A stretch of 64,000 nt of DNA from Hyaloraphidium curvatum SAG 235-1 (lineage: Eukaryota > Fungi > Monoblepharomycota): the NCBI GenBank assembly GCA_025558095.1, contig JAIVFI010000030.1, positions 124,001-188,000 on the forward strand. Direction: 5' to 3'. Shown here one piece after another: positions 34,873-46,994 of the stretch. A program made the translations under genes and the position numbers. Under the pieces are notes generated by a model. That model saw only the letters and a list, made by a program, of their open reading frames with translations. It ran no database searches and was not told the origin of the DNA. Each line of letters begins with the position of its first letter. Position 1 is the first letter of the stretch.

Positions 34873-35504
34873 GGTTGCGCTCCGGTGCGGTCCCGCGGGC
34901 TTCCCCCGGGGCCGGCGCGGAGCCGAACAAGCGGTCCGGGTATATGGGTTCGCGCGGGCGGCACCGTGCGGTCCGGGGCTTTTGGCCCCCCGCGGGGCGC
35001 GCGCGGAGATATCGGTGTGGAGAGGGCGCGGGGCGGGGTTGGGCGGCAACGGTGGGGACCGGGCCGCCACGGGCGTTTATGTGCGCATATGAGGGGACGG
35101 GCGCGCGGCGGGTTCGGAAACCGGGGGCGCCGGGGGCGGGGTTGGGAGGCAGCCGTTTGGGAGACTTGGGTTGTTGGGGCGGGGCGAGAACGCCCCGCGA
35201 CCAAAGCAGGGACAGCGGTCCCACAAATAGAAACACCGTTCTCGGACCCCGGGGACACCGCTACAGGTCGGAACATCCCTCCAGCACCACCAGCACCCGA
35301 GCCCTGACCTTCTGGAGCCACTTTCCTGGGGCTTTCGCTCACCGCGACTCATCGGCAATGCGGTACCTCAGCCACAGAGGGCTGGTGTCGCTTGAAAATC
35401 GACTCGTCGACCCTTCCCCCTTCTTCACAGCCCGCTCTTTCCTTGTCTTCTCTCCCTTCCCCGCCCCCCCACCGCCCCGCCTCCTCCTCCCCAGCCACTC
35501 CGCC

Positions 35505-35973
35505 ATGGAGTCTCCCCGCCCGCGCGCCGCCGCCCCCCCGCCGCCCGCCGCCTTCGGGCACCACCACGCCCGCTCCCCCTCGGCCTCGTCCGTCGCCTCC
35601 TCCTCCGCCTCCTCCTCGGCCCCGCCGTCCCCGCGCCCGCCCCGCCGCGTCTCCTTCTTCCCCGAGGTCCTCGTCGCCACCACCTGGTCGGCCGAGGTGC
35701 GCCCCCCGCTGCGCTCGGACCACCCGCCCAGGCACTGACCCCCCTCCCCCCCCTGCGCAGACGTACGACCGCCGCTCATCCGAGGTCGCCGCGCTCACCG
35801 AAGAGGACGTGCTGGAGGTGATCCGCCTGCGGAGGGAGTACCGCCGCGAGACGGGCCGGCTCGAGATGATGCGGCAGCTCGCCGAGCGGCAGCCCGCCGC
35901 GTGGGCGCAGCAGCAGGCCTACGGGGGGCAGTACGGGGGGTACTTTGCGCAGGGGCAGAACGGGTGGGCGTGA
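35505..35973 (+). CDS. Small protein with Bni4/spinophilin-like PP1-docking module
   Basis: RRVSFFPEVLVATTWSAE|TYDRRSSEVAALTEEDVLEVIRLRRE; one intron at about 35697-35760. Confidence 0.7.
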
Positions 35974-36768
35974 GGCCCGCCCGGCCCGGTGCCGCCCGGA
36001 TGGCGCACGGACGCTCGACGGCTCGGACACAAACGCTTTTTGCACGGCGCTTCGGCGCCGACCCATGGCCCGCGGGGCCCTCTACGACACGGTGAACTGG
36101 ACGCGCTCGACGCCAGGACGGCTTGCTCTCTCGGTCTGTTTGGAGGTGATGGAAAAGGAAGGGGCCGGTGCACGGACGATGCCCGCCGATATATCCATGT
36201 TTGCGCCCGGATGGGGCGGTAGAACGCACGGTACGGATAGATGGCGACTTTTGGAAGCAAAGGCGTGCGGTCCGCAGTCCGGGTGGGGGGGTGTCCGATG
36301 CTGCGGCGTTGCGGGGCTTATCTCGCTCGTCCCCCTCGTCCCCGTCCCCAGCAACCACGCAGACAACACGGGTCGCGCCCATCCATCCGCATCCGCACCA
36401 CCGCATCCGCACCGCGAATCGCCGCGGCAGCCTTGGCATGTCGCCGATCCGGATCGGCAGGGTGCGATCGGCGGTCGGATGAGTCAAGAGCCAAAAGGTG
36501 CCGATCTTCGGGTCCCGTCCGTGAGACGAAGCCAAACCGAGTGAAGAGTGAACGGGAGTCTTGTCTCCGTCCGGTACCTGAAGAGGCGATCCAGAGCGGG
36601 AAAGATGTCTCAATCTCTGCGTTGCAGGCAGTTGAACGCGGCCCTTCGTCGACGGCCTCGTTTCTCGCACTACGCCAGCGCATCCGCCTTAACGGTCGAT
36701 CTGGACTTCATCCGCCCTTGCCAATCTTTTCGTGTATGTAGGCGTAGTATTGGTTCTTCCTGTTAGAG

Positions 36769-38587
36769 ATGGCGAGGGGGGAATGGATCGGAGGGTCCGC
36801 CGCAGCCGGCGGTGCAACTCGACGCATTGGCGGGGCAACACCACCGTCGGCCATCGCGGCCACGTCCTCCGGAATGCCGACGGGACTGCCTCTTGTCGAT
36901 GCCGCCGACGATGCGGAGGTGCAGCGCCTGCTGGAGTCGGGCTGCCGCGTCGGACAGACCGGTGCCAACGGGAACAACGCGCTCCACTACTTCGCGTCGA
37001 AGGGGCACCTGGATACGAGGTTGAAGCTTGCCCTTGATCATGCCGAAGCAAATGAGCCCGACGCTTTGAACGCTCCAAATGGCAGCGATCAGACGCCGTT
37101 CTTTATTGCGTGTCAATCAAACCGCCCCGGGGCGGTCCGTCTGCTCCTTGATTGTCAAGGCGTGGACGTCACAGTGCTTGGAAACATAGGGACGTCATAT
37201 CGGCGTTCAACGGGTACTCCCCTAGTTGCGGCCTTGCAGAACTCCGGAAAGATCGACGATGAACAATGGAGGCCTCGCGAGGTTGTAGCGGCGCTGGTTT
37301 CGGCTGCGCGGGACACTTCGAGGGAACCGTCGAGGAGGCCCAGTCTTGATCTTCCAGCGGAGCTCTCAAATCAGCTGCCTGATTGGGCTCGTACATTACT
37401 GGGAGGCTCCACATCGAATCCGAAGGCAAGGACGCCCACCAAAAAGGCAACGGCAACCCGCCAGGTGCCCACCAAGAAGAAGAGCACGGCGACTGGAGAA
37501 CCCGGACGAGCGGCGCCCGAAACCGATTCCGAGGACTCGGACAATGAAGGGGATCCCGCGGAAGTGCCTATGCCACAAGCTCCAGGTGCCGGGAACCCCC
37601 TTAGCTTTCGCTTCATGACTTGGAACGTGAACGGGAGTCGGTCCCACGGTGTTGCCGATCCTGATGACTACCGTGCGCATTCCTTAGAACTCCTGGTCCG
37701 AGGGCCCAATCCCCCGGATTTGCTCCTTGTGCAGGAGCTGAAGAAAGGCCTGAAGATTGCTCCGCAAGCCGGTCCGATCCTGGATATTGCAGGATATGAT
37801 TTGAAGAGTGTTGAGGAAAGCAGCCCAAACGCGCAAGGGGTACGCCGCTTAACTGGACGTGTGAATGGGATCTTCAATCGTGAGGGACTGGGATTAGATC
37901 CCGTGAGGCACCATCGGCTGGATGCGTTTGTATTGCACTTGATGCAGGAGCGGGACGTGCAATTGAGGAACTTGGCTGGTGCCTGGGCAGCTCTTGGACC
38001 CCTGTGGAACGATGTGCGTAAGCCAGTCTTCTTTTCCGTTGCCTCTGAAGATGCTGATTGTGCTTTAGCTCCAGGACTTGGGCCGCTGGGTGTGCGCGGC
38101 TGTTGTGCCACGTGGAGACGACAACCTGTGTGTCGTGGGGAGCTTCCACTTCATCATGGCCCACCACGGGTCAAATAACCGAGATTCTGGCGTCATCAAT
38201 TACGCAAAGCTGATTCTCTTGCTTGGCGAGCTCCTTCTCAGGATGTTCCGCGTTCCTGTTATCTTTGGTGGCGACTTCAACATCCCTGCGACCACACTGG
38301 AGCAAGCCAAGACGGAACTTGTAGGTAACAACTACGGACACGGGACTCCGCTTGTCATCAGTTTTCGGACACATGTCCCTTCACAACCGTACCGCAGGAC
38401 CGGGCGTCAAGCTATTGACTTCTTTGTAACCTTCGGTTGGGAACCTGTTCTAGGGCAGACGGTCATGTTTGCCGACGTCAATCCCAGGGTGCAATGCATC
38501 AGGCACGTGCCTGAAGGACCTGAACTGCTTAGTGTGCTCGACCATGACCCCGTCGCTTTGGAGTTGGGGTTCAGGAGGGTCGGGTAA
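36769..38587 (+). CDS. Ankyrin-repeat + EEP (AP-endonuclease-like) fusion protein
   Basis: Ankyrin motifs GNNALHYFA, QTPFFIAC, GTPLVAAL. EEP motifs FMTWNVNG, LLVQE, GGDFN, IDFF, LDHDPV. Intron at 38014-38074. Confidence 0.8.
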
Positions 38588-38610
38588 TCAACGAGCTAAT
38601 TGTTCGGCTT

Positions 38611-38719
38611 GCTTGTCTTCACTGCGGCCTTCCCATGGCTTCTAGTACATCTACTGGCATTGAAAGCTTGTCTTCACTGTGGCCGTCCATGGCTTCTAGT
38701 ACATCTACTTGCATTGAAA
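38611..38719. repeat. Tandem duplication of a ~55-bp unit between convergent genes
   Basis: gcttgtcttcactg...catggcttctagtacatctact.gcattgaaa occurs at 38611 and again at 38666. Confidence 0.9.
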
Positions 38720-38839
38720 GCTGCAGAATCAGGGTATCGTCTACATCATCAAACGAGTGTTTGAATAGATCCCGCCCCAACGGCACCGCCCACATCGAGC
38801 CCACAGCCCTTGCCCGCAGAACGCCCCCGGCACCCCACA

Positions 38840-41046
38840 TCACCTCACATGCAGGTTGACCACGCTGCCCTGCGTCGGCGTGTAAAGCACCGAGATGGCG
38901 AACGGGTCGGTGGGATGGAACGCCACCGTCGCAAACCTCCTGTTGCACGACAAGGAAAGCCGAATCAGCACCATCACCGTGGCGCCTCCGACCCGCAGGA
39001 ACCCACTTTGCCCTCGCCCCCCTCTGCCCGCCCTCGTACGGATCCACGGCAAACTTGCGCTCCCCCGTCGCCCTGCTCCAGAACCGCACGGGCGCGTCGC
39101 CGACCAGCCTCGGCCGCTCCCACGGCCCGGCGGCGCGGTCGTCGTACGAGTACAGGCCGGGGTCGAGGTACGGCGAGTCTTGGTGGGCTTGGGGGTTGTG
39201 CGGGAGCGGGGAGAGGATGCGGCGGACCGAGGCGAGGATGCTTGGTGGGTTTCGAAAAGTCAGATTTCCGGCGGCCAAAGACGAGCGTCCGGCGGACGAC
39301 GTACCCGCCGTTCTTGGCCTTCCACACCGCGTGCATCTGCCTCGCCGCCGCCTCGCGCGCGTGGAGCGAGTTGGCCACCGAGGGGACAAAGTGCGCGGGG
39401 TCGGCGGGGTGCGGCACGCCGCGGAAGCCGGGGACGGTCTCGTACAGCCGGAGGAGCTCGTCCGAGGAGGAGTCGTAGGCGCCGAGGACGGTGGAGGTGG
39501 GGATGTCGAAGATGACGAAGAAGGAGGTCTGGTTTGCCGGAGGGTCGGCCTTTGGAACGTCATCTGGATGAGACGACGGGCACCTGCCAACCCGTAAACG
39601 ACTCGCCTTGCCGACGACGTTCTCCTCCGCTCCAAACTTGATCAGCAGCCTGTTCGCGTCCAAAAACTGGCATCTCCACATGACTAAGCCCTGGAACAGC
39701 CCCGCCGCGAGGTGAAAGTGCCTCAGCCTCCCCGCGCTCCCCGACGCCGCCGCGCGCCTGAACAGGAAAGACAGCACGCGCTGCTTGAGCCCGCTCAGCG
39801 GCGCCGCGGCTTCGTCGGGGTGCTGCCCCGGGAGCTCGATCTGGCGCTCCCGACCGGGCGACGGCGAGGCGGTGGGTGGGGGGACGCGGTTGCCGTTGGC
39901 GGTGGACCAGGAGGAGCTCCAGCGGGATGCGGTGGGGTAGGGCTCGAAGCGCGCGGCGCGGGCGGTGCGGCGGCGCGAGGGACCGGGAGAGGCGCCGTCG
40001 GTTTCCGGTTCGGGGGAGGCCGAGGCGGGGATCGCGGAGCTGGGGCGCACGGTCGCGTCGCTGCTGAGGTCCGCGGGGCCCGGCGTGGCCAAGCCGCGGC
40101 GCTTGCTCGCGGCATCGGGAGAAGGGGAGCGCAGGCGCTTTTTGGCCGAGGCGGAACGGCGGAACTCCTCGGCGTAATCGGCCGCGCGTGCGAGGCACGC
40201 CTGGTCGTCCGGGCCCAGCAGCCAGCCGATGCTCCTCACGTCCTCGAACCCGCCGTCTTTCCGGATCCGCAGGATGTGAATGGTCTGGTCCTGCACCGAA
40301 GTGACGGCGAGCTGGTCGTCGTAGAGGTGCACGCCGGCGAGGTGCGAAAGGTAGACAAAGTCCGACTTGAACGTCCGCCGCCCCAGCGTCTTGCCCGTCT
40401 CCACGTCGACGCTCCAGAAGGTCACGTCGTCAAGTGACGGCAGGCACGTCAGCGACGACGGGTTACGGCGCGCCTCGGCGCCCGTGGTGGTCGAGGGCAC
40501 GGCCGACGCGAGGACGAGGGTGCGCTTGTCCGCGGCAAAGAGGGAAAAGTCCTTGCACAGCAGCTCGTTGCCCGACGTAAGCGTGGCCTCGCACTGGAAC
40601 TCGAAAAAGGTCGAGAACGCGGTGGTCGGGCACGGCTCCTCGGGCGGCACGCCGTTGACCGTGGACGGGTGCGAGATCGCGTCCTCGGGGTAGCCCGGGC
40701 CCTTATAGCGGAACACCGCGACCGCGTGCTGGCCTTTCGAGAAGCAGACGATGTACTGCGGGGATATCTGAGGGGAGAATCGCGTCTGGCGGCACGGGTT
40801 TCGCACCTTTCCGTCGGGCGAGAACTTGCGGAACACGACCATCTGGTGTTCGTGGCTCAGCTGCACGTCGTACAGAGTGCGGCGCGGGTACACGTTCCAG
40901 TACACCTCGCGCGCGCGCTGGAGGTGCGAGTTGGGCCCCACGAGCGGCGCCGCGTGGCCACCGAGCTCGCGGTCACGGAGGTGCGCGACGACGTTCTGCC
41001 GCCGCAGGCGCCGCCCGCCCACAGTGAACCCGCGCGGCGCGGTCAT
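38840..41046 (-). CDS. DET1: De-etiolated 1 (DET1) homolog, CRL4/DDB1-associated
   Basis: RQNVVAHLRDRELG, FRKFSPDGK, LCKDFSLF, YLSHLAGVHLYDDQLAVTSVQDQTIHI, SPYLDPGLYSYD, FHPTDPFAISV...VVNLHVR. Confidence 0.9.
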
Positions 41047-41295
41047 CGCGGCCGGCGGCGCGGCGGAGAGGCCGCGTCGCGTAGGGCCGGTCGACGCCGC
41101 GGTCCCGCACGCAAGACAACTCACATCAGCTCTCGCATGCACCAACCCGCAAGTAGGACTTCACGACGTAGATCCATGTGTAGGACTTTACGGCATAGAT
41201 CCCAGTTTATATAATCCAGTTCTTTGCTGCAGTACATGCGATTCATTCGTTGATAAGACGTTCGCCGAAAGGGCGAACGTGTTGCCTGTCGTCGC

Positions 41296-44200
41296 TCACG
41301 TCCCTGGCGGCGAGATATACTCCGAAACTTGCGGAACAGAGAATTCGCTGAGAGTCGCGCTGGAGGTCGTTCCGCTCTGCCCAAGCTCCAGCTCAAGCAT
41401 GGATGTGTTGTTGGAGACGTCACGAAGATCCGCCACGGATGGGTCCGATGCTTGGTCGTGCGGAAGCAGAGACACGGCAGAAGCTGTAACGTCCACGCCA
41501 GTGGGACTAAGAGACGCATCCTCGCCACGATCTGGGGGTGCAAGCTCTCCCCCAGATGACACCATCCGTTCCAACACTCCCACCACCTCCATCATCGTGG
41601 GCCTAGCCGCAGGATCGTGCGCCCAACAATTTTCCATCAGCTGCTGCAATCCAGTGGGCATTGACGGCATGTTCCAATTCGAAATGGAAGGGTCAGGAGG
41701 TAGTTGGGGACGACAGGTCCGGTCCTGATTCAGCCTTATCCTTGCGGCATCGGCTCGGTCCTTTTCCATGGCGTAAAATGGTGGGTAACCGCCCGACCCA
41801 GTGATATAAATGAGCATGGCGAAAGCGTAAATGTCAATAGCAGGCTTTCGTTGTGGCCGAGGAAAGGTGACCATCATCTCTGGTGTTGTAAAAGCCCATT
41901 TAAGTGCTGATTCGTCCAAGTTGATACCTTTCGACACAGAGGCATCAATTCGAATCTGAAATTGTGCAAATTCGGTCAGCACGGCGTGAGGGTGTGGCCC
42001 TGTAGCGTCCACAAGAACAGTGTCATCCCGAACGTTGCCGTGAATGACGCAGCGTTCGTGCAGATGCGCTAATGCACGGGCGATGTCGAGCAGGAGGAGT
42101 GCTGAAGCACGATAGTACTGTCCTGCAGTCGGCGTTGGTCCCGCCTTTCCCCGCCAAATATGCCAGACATAATCGCCAAAAGAATCTCCCAGCACTTTCT
42201 GGAATACCAAAGCTTTCGGGGACTCGCAATAGCCAATGAGAGAAGGAACTGCACATAAGGAAGCACTGTCAGCAATCAGGTATCTGCCAACCTCTGATAG
42301 CGACCTACAATTGTTGTGCTTCCCTGCGTGTGCCCAGGTGATGACCTGCTCCTCGAAATCCGTGTCACTCCACGGAAACGTCTCTACCTTGATTGCCACG
42401 TTTCCTCCGAGGGGCATTGCTGACGATGCTCGAGCTCGCAACGTTGCCTCATAGTTCATCCCAGCACCTAGTTTTCCAATGGGCTTGCCCAAGGTAAGGT
42501 CGCGATGGAGATCCAGCTTCATAGCGGGTAACATCATGCGTGGCCTGCCTTCGACTTGGGCTCGAATGGCATCGTCAAGCCTCGCTTTTGCTAGAGTGAG
42601 CGACTCGTCTTGACTGTTGTGCAGCAGATCCAACACAGTCTTGCCAGAATTGTTCTCACGCAGTACATCAACCTCGGGTCGATCAAGCAGCATGTGGAGA
42701 CACTTAGCACTCCCGCCACGTGCAGCGATATGCAGTGCCGTGTTACCGTCTTTGTCGGCCAAATTGGGATCTACACGTTGTTCTTTGAGGAGGATCTCCA
42801 CGATGTGTGCTGATCCACCCTGCACGGCACGGAGCAGAGCTGTCATGCCATCATTGCGCGCCCTGTTTGGGTCCACACGATCCCCTAGCAAGAGCAAATA
42901 CCGGACCACGTGCGCCTGAGCCTTCCGAACTGCAAAGAGGAGCGGCGTGTAGCCATTCGAGTCCATCACATCCATATCAATCGTCTTGTCCTGAGCAAGG
43001 CGCCGAATGGCATCCTCGTTGCCGTTAGCAGCCAGCCTGTGCAACGGTGCAAATCCATTGATGACCAAATCTGCACGTCGAACTTTAACCGCATTGACCG
43101 ACAGCGTAATCTCTGGAGGTGGCACGTCGAATCCCTCCTTTTGTTCATTCGATGAAGAATGTTTCGCCTCCGTTGCAGCTTGCTCGAGTCTGCGTCGAGT
43201 CTCTGCACGTTGCTGTACAGTCTCCAGGCTGTCCAGGGAAAGAAACTCTACGTAGTTGTCTCCATTGTCTGAAGGCTTGAAAGTCCTCAGAATTCGAGCT
43301 ACATCATCACGAACTAGCTTGAATACGGGACGTTGCTGTGGATCCTGGGCCCAGCACCTCATGATGAGCATCCACACATCCTCGTTGACACCGGGCAGAT
43401 GAGATGGCCTCCTGCCTTCCTTCAAGAAGAGGCGGAGACGCTCCAGATCCCATCCATCGAAGAAGTTCCGCCCTTGATTGCAGACTATGTAGCACACCAT
43501 GGCAAACGAATAGACGTCAACGGGTTTTCCAAGTTTGTAGTCGCGTCCAAACTGCTCTGGAGCGGCACATTCTGGAGTGAATGCCGAGGCTGCAATGTCA
43601 TCCAGCCCTGCAAGTCCGAAGCTGGAAACTTTGGCAATGCCCCTGTCCACCAAAATCGCTCTGGGTTTCAGATTTGAATGGACAATGCTGAGGGAATGGA
43701 GAAACAGCATGCCCTCAGCGACATCAAGCATCAATTGGAGACTCAGTGCCATGTCCCAATGATGTTTCCCCAAGTAGTCGGTGGAAATGCCGTCCTCCGC
43801 GAGATTCATGACGAATGCTGGTGGGGATATGCAGTACGCTACGAGCGGTTGAATATTCCGGTGTTGGAGCCTGCCCCACATTCTGACCTCGTTCAGGAAC
43901 ACTTCCAGCGTCTCGCGTGAAGCTGTGGGCGCGTTCCGCATCTTGACCGCGACGGCTGTTGCCCCATGAAGACGTCCACGGTATACGACATGATGATGAC
44001 TGGTCCCAAGCAGGTAAAGGGAAAGCTCCAAGGCATCCTTTGATACCTCGGGAACCGATCGTGGCTTATCCCGGATTTGCCTTTCGATCAGTTGCTCTTT
44101 TGCGGTAGCAAATGTCGGCCGCATGCTTGGCTCCTGCGCCCAGCACTTCGTGATCAAGTCCCAAGTGGCGTCCGTAATGCCTTCAGATGCGTATGGTCTG

Positions 44201-44997
44201 ACAGGTCGGGTGCCTGCACGAATGGCCCAAGACTTCGAAATCGGTCAAAAGCCGATTCTGCCGGTCGACCAAGGAACTCACCACTTGGCGAGCCGACAAG
44301 GCAGAGCCGAATGGACGTTGCCCTTGCGCAGCAACTTCATACAGAATCATGGCGAACGAGAAGACATCCGCAGGCTTGCCAATGCTGGTAGGATCAGCAA
44401 ACTCCGGTCCCATGTAACCTGGCGTTCCTCCCCAAGTCGTGTCATCCTCTGAGCTTCGGAAGGGGTCGCGGAGCTTCGACAGCCCGAAGTCCACGATCTT
44501 GGCGATCCCCTCATCGACAAGAATGTTCCCCGGCTTGAGGTCCGAATGGATGATATCGAGGGAGTGCAGGTACGACATTCCTTTGGCAACGTCGAGGAGG
44601 TACTTCCAGCCCAAGCTAAGGTCCCAATTCTCACGTACCAGCGCTTGGCGGAGATCGCCGCCATCAACGAGGTCCGAAACCAACATGAGCGGCTCCTCGC
44701 AGTACGCCAGAAGTGGAAGCACTGAACGTAGCGGGACGGTGAGCAACCAATAAATGCAACTAGTTCGGACTGACCGTTGCGCTGGCGGATTCTGTCCCAG
44801 ACCTTAACCTCGTTCAGGAAGTCGCGTTGCGCGACCTCGTGTTCGCGGCCGAGCCTGATGACCTTGACGGCCACTGCTTCGCCGCGCAGTGTTCCATGAT
44901 ACACGGTTCCGAATCCGCCTCCGCCCAGAATGTGGGAAGTGTCCGGAATCACGATGTCCGCCGCCTCGACGAGGACAGACGACACGGGTCGCTCCAT
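41296..44997 (-). CDS. Tandem TKL-type kinase protein: kinase - pseudokinase - ankyrin repeats - pseudokinase (may splice on to a stop at 41121; start uncertain)
   Basis: K1: GGGGFGTVY, VAVK, HSDLKPGN, DFG, GTPGYMGPE. K2: AVAVK, HSNLKPRA, SSFG, APE. Ankyrins: APLHRLA, YTPLLFA, MTALLRA, NTALHIA. K3: HGNVRDDT, TEFA, TPE. Confidence 0.85.
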
Positions 44998-45398
44998 GGC
45001 GGCGCGGACGCGAGGCAAGGCCCCTGTGCAGCAATGCCGATTCCAGTGGTGCCGCCGGCCGTCGTTTTTGGCGATGCCGGCCTTTTACGTGGGGATGCGA
45101 TGTGTAGTGTAGAACGTGGCGCAAAGCATGTGGCGTCGCAGCTCTGCATCGCCTATTATGATAACAGACACTTTGATGAGATCGGTATAGATTCCGTCAA
45201 CATATTCTCTTTCACTGCGAAACACAGCAGCGTGTGAAACAGCTGGCCGGATCCTCGTTGCTGGAAATCGAACGGCGAACTGGCAGAGCTATCGATGAAG
45301 TGCTCCGCGGGTCATGGCAACGTCTGACCGCTCCCCTCCAATGCGATCGCGTTCCAGATGCTCGATCCGCAGCGCGTCCCACGCGCCAGGCCAGGGGC

Positions 45399-46994
45399 TC
45401 AAACGACAAAGAACCCGTGCGTCCCGTCCCTCCCCAGCTGCTCGACCAGCCCCAGCTCCCACTCAATATACCCCCTCATGGCCTCCTCTGCGTTGCCCGT
45501 GCCCTCGTACGGGCGCCGGTACCGGTCCCTCGGCTCGCCCGTCGCGAACCTCCCCTCGCTCCCCTTCTCGATCGGCAGCCCGGCGGCCTTCCACGCCTCG
45601 GTCCCGCCGCGGACCACGCGGACCTTCTTCCCAGCGACTCGTCGGAACTCGTCGAACGCGTAGTGGCAGAGAATGCTCGTCGCGCACGTCAGGACGTACT
45701 CGTCCGGTTCCGGCACCGTGGCCAGGGCGTCGAGCGGGCGGGAGCGCTGGAAGAACCAGGCGCCGGGGATGCGGCCGTTGCCGAGGTAGTTGCCCGAGGT
45801 GGTCATGTCGAGGAGGGCGGCCTTGCCGGTGGGAAGGAGCGCTGCGAGGTCCTCGGGTGAAATAAAGACGACTTCGGGGGAAGGCGGCAGGGGCAACGGC
45901 CACGGTCCGCGTTCGGTAAACTCGGCGGAGGAAAGCCTGTCGAGCACGTAAACTTCCCAGTTCATCTGCGCGAGCCACGAGGCCGTCATGTTGGCGCGCA
46001 CCCCGTCGTCGTCCGCGAGCACGATCCTGGCGCCGCGCACGGGGGCCACCATCTCGGTCTCTTGCACGAGCTGCCCGCCGGGGACGGTGCGGAACCCGGG
46101 GAGGTGCCCGGCCTCATACTCCTCAGGCGTCCGCACGTCGAAGAGATAGGTCGTCCGGCCGCGCTGGAGTTTCCAGTCCGCGATGGCGTCCAGGGTCGTG
46201 CGGCGCACCCCGGCGCGGTCCGCCACCAACCGCGCCCTGTCCGCGGCCTCCTTCTTCTTTTCCGGCGGGATCGCTTCGGGGAACTTGCGCGCCTGCCCGT
46301 GATCGAGCTCCAGCTTCTCCAGCGAGAACCCGATCGTGCCGTTGCGCAGGGCGTACACCGGATTCGGCAGGCCGGCGTTGATCAGCGACTGCGTGCCGAC
46401 GATGGACCGCGTGCGGCCCGCGCAGTTGACAATGACCGTCGTCTTTTCGTCCGGCACCATCGACGGCACCCGCAGCACGAGCTCCGCCCCCGGCACGCTC
46501 GTCCCGGTGGGTATACTCATCCGCTGGAACTCGTCGAACCGCCGCGCGTCCACGACGACTGGCTTGTTGGGCCCGTCCCCTGTAACCAGTGCGTGAACCT
46601 CGCGCGCCGAAAGCGAGGGCGTGTGGCGGACCGATTCCACAAGCTCGCCGAAAGCCTTGCTGGGTACGTTGACGTCGATGAACATCTCGCCGCCCGCCGC
46701 CTTCCAGCCGTCCAGACCGCCCTCGAGCACCGCGACGTCGGTGTATCCCAGCGCGGCAAGGCGCGCCGCCGCGATCTCCGCATCGCCCTCGCCGCCGTCC
46801 ATGACCACGACGGGCACATCGCGCCGCGGAAGCATCGCAAACGCATTGAGCTCCAGCCGGGAGAGCGGGAAGCACGCGGCAAACAGCGGGTGGCCCCGGG
46901 CGTGGATCGCCTCCTCGCGCACGTCCAGGAGGGCAATCTCGCGGCGCTCCAGCAGTGACGACCGCACGGACGCGTACGTCACGGTCTTGGTCAT
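45399..46994 (-). CDS. Four-domain rhodanese-related sulfurtransferase, proteobacterial type, intronless
   Basis: LLDVREE..HARGHPLFA, DVNVPSKAFGELVE, VNCAGRTRS, DVRTPEEYEAGHLPG, C-terminal RYRRPYEGT...WELGLVEQLGRDGTHGF. Confidence 0.9.
   Translation of the reverse strand: MTKTVTYASVRSSLLERREIALLDVREEAIHARGHPLFAACFPLSRLELNAFAMLPRRDVPVVVMDGGEGDAEIAAARLAALGYTDVAVLEGGLDGWKAAGGEMFIDVNVPSKAFGELVESVRHTPSLSAREVHALVTGDGPNKPVVVDARRFDEFQRMSIPTGTSVPGAELVLRVPSMVPDEKTTVIVNCAGRTRSIVGTQSLINAGLPNPVYALRNGTIGFSLEKLELDHGQARKFPEAIPPEKKKEAADRARLVADRAGVRRTTLDAIADWKLQRGRTTYLFDVRTPEEYEAGHLPGFRTVPGGQLVQETEMVAPVRGARIVLADDDGVRANMTASWLAQMNWEVYVLDRLSSAEFTERGPWPLPLPPSPEVVFISPEDLAALLPTGKAALLDMTTSGNYLGNGRIPGAWFFQRSRPLDALATVPEPDEYVLTCATSILCHYAFDEFRRVAGKKVRVVRGGTEAWKAAGLPIEKGSEGRFATGEPRDRYRRPYEGTGNAEEAMRGYIEWELGLVEQLGRDGTHGFFVV

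Noticed and set aside
37600-38587. EEP domain as part of an active LINE retrotransposon
   Set aside because: There is no reverse-transcriptase ORF, poly(A) tail or target-site duplication. The domain contains an intron and is fused to ankyrins.
38611-38719. 55-bp repeat as a CRISPR-like or regulatory array
   Set aside because: Only two adjacent copies with no spacer; a simple tandem duplication in 3' flanking DNA.
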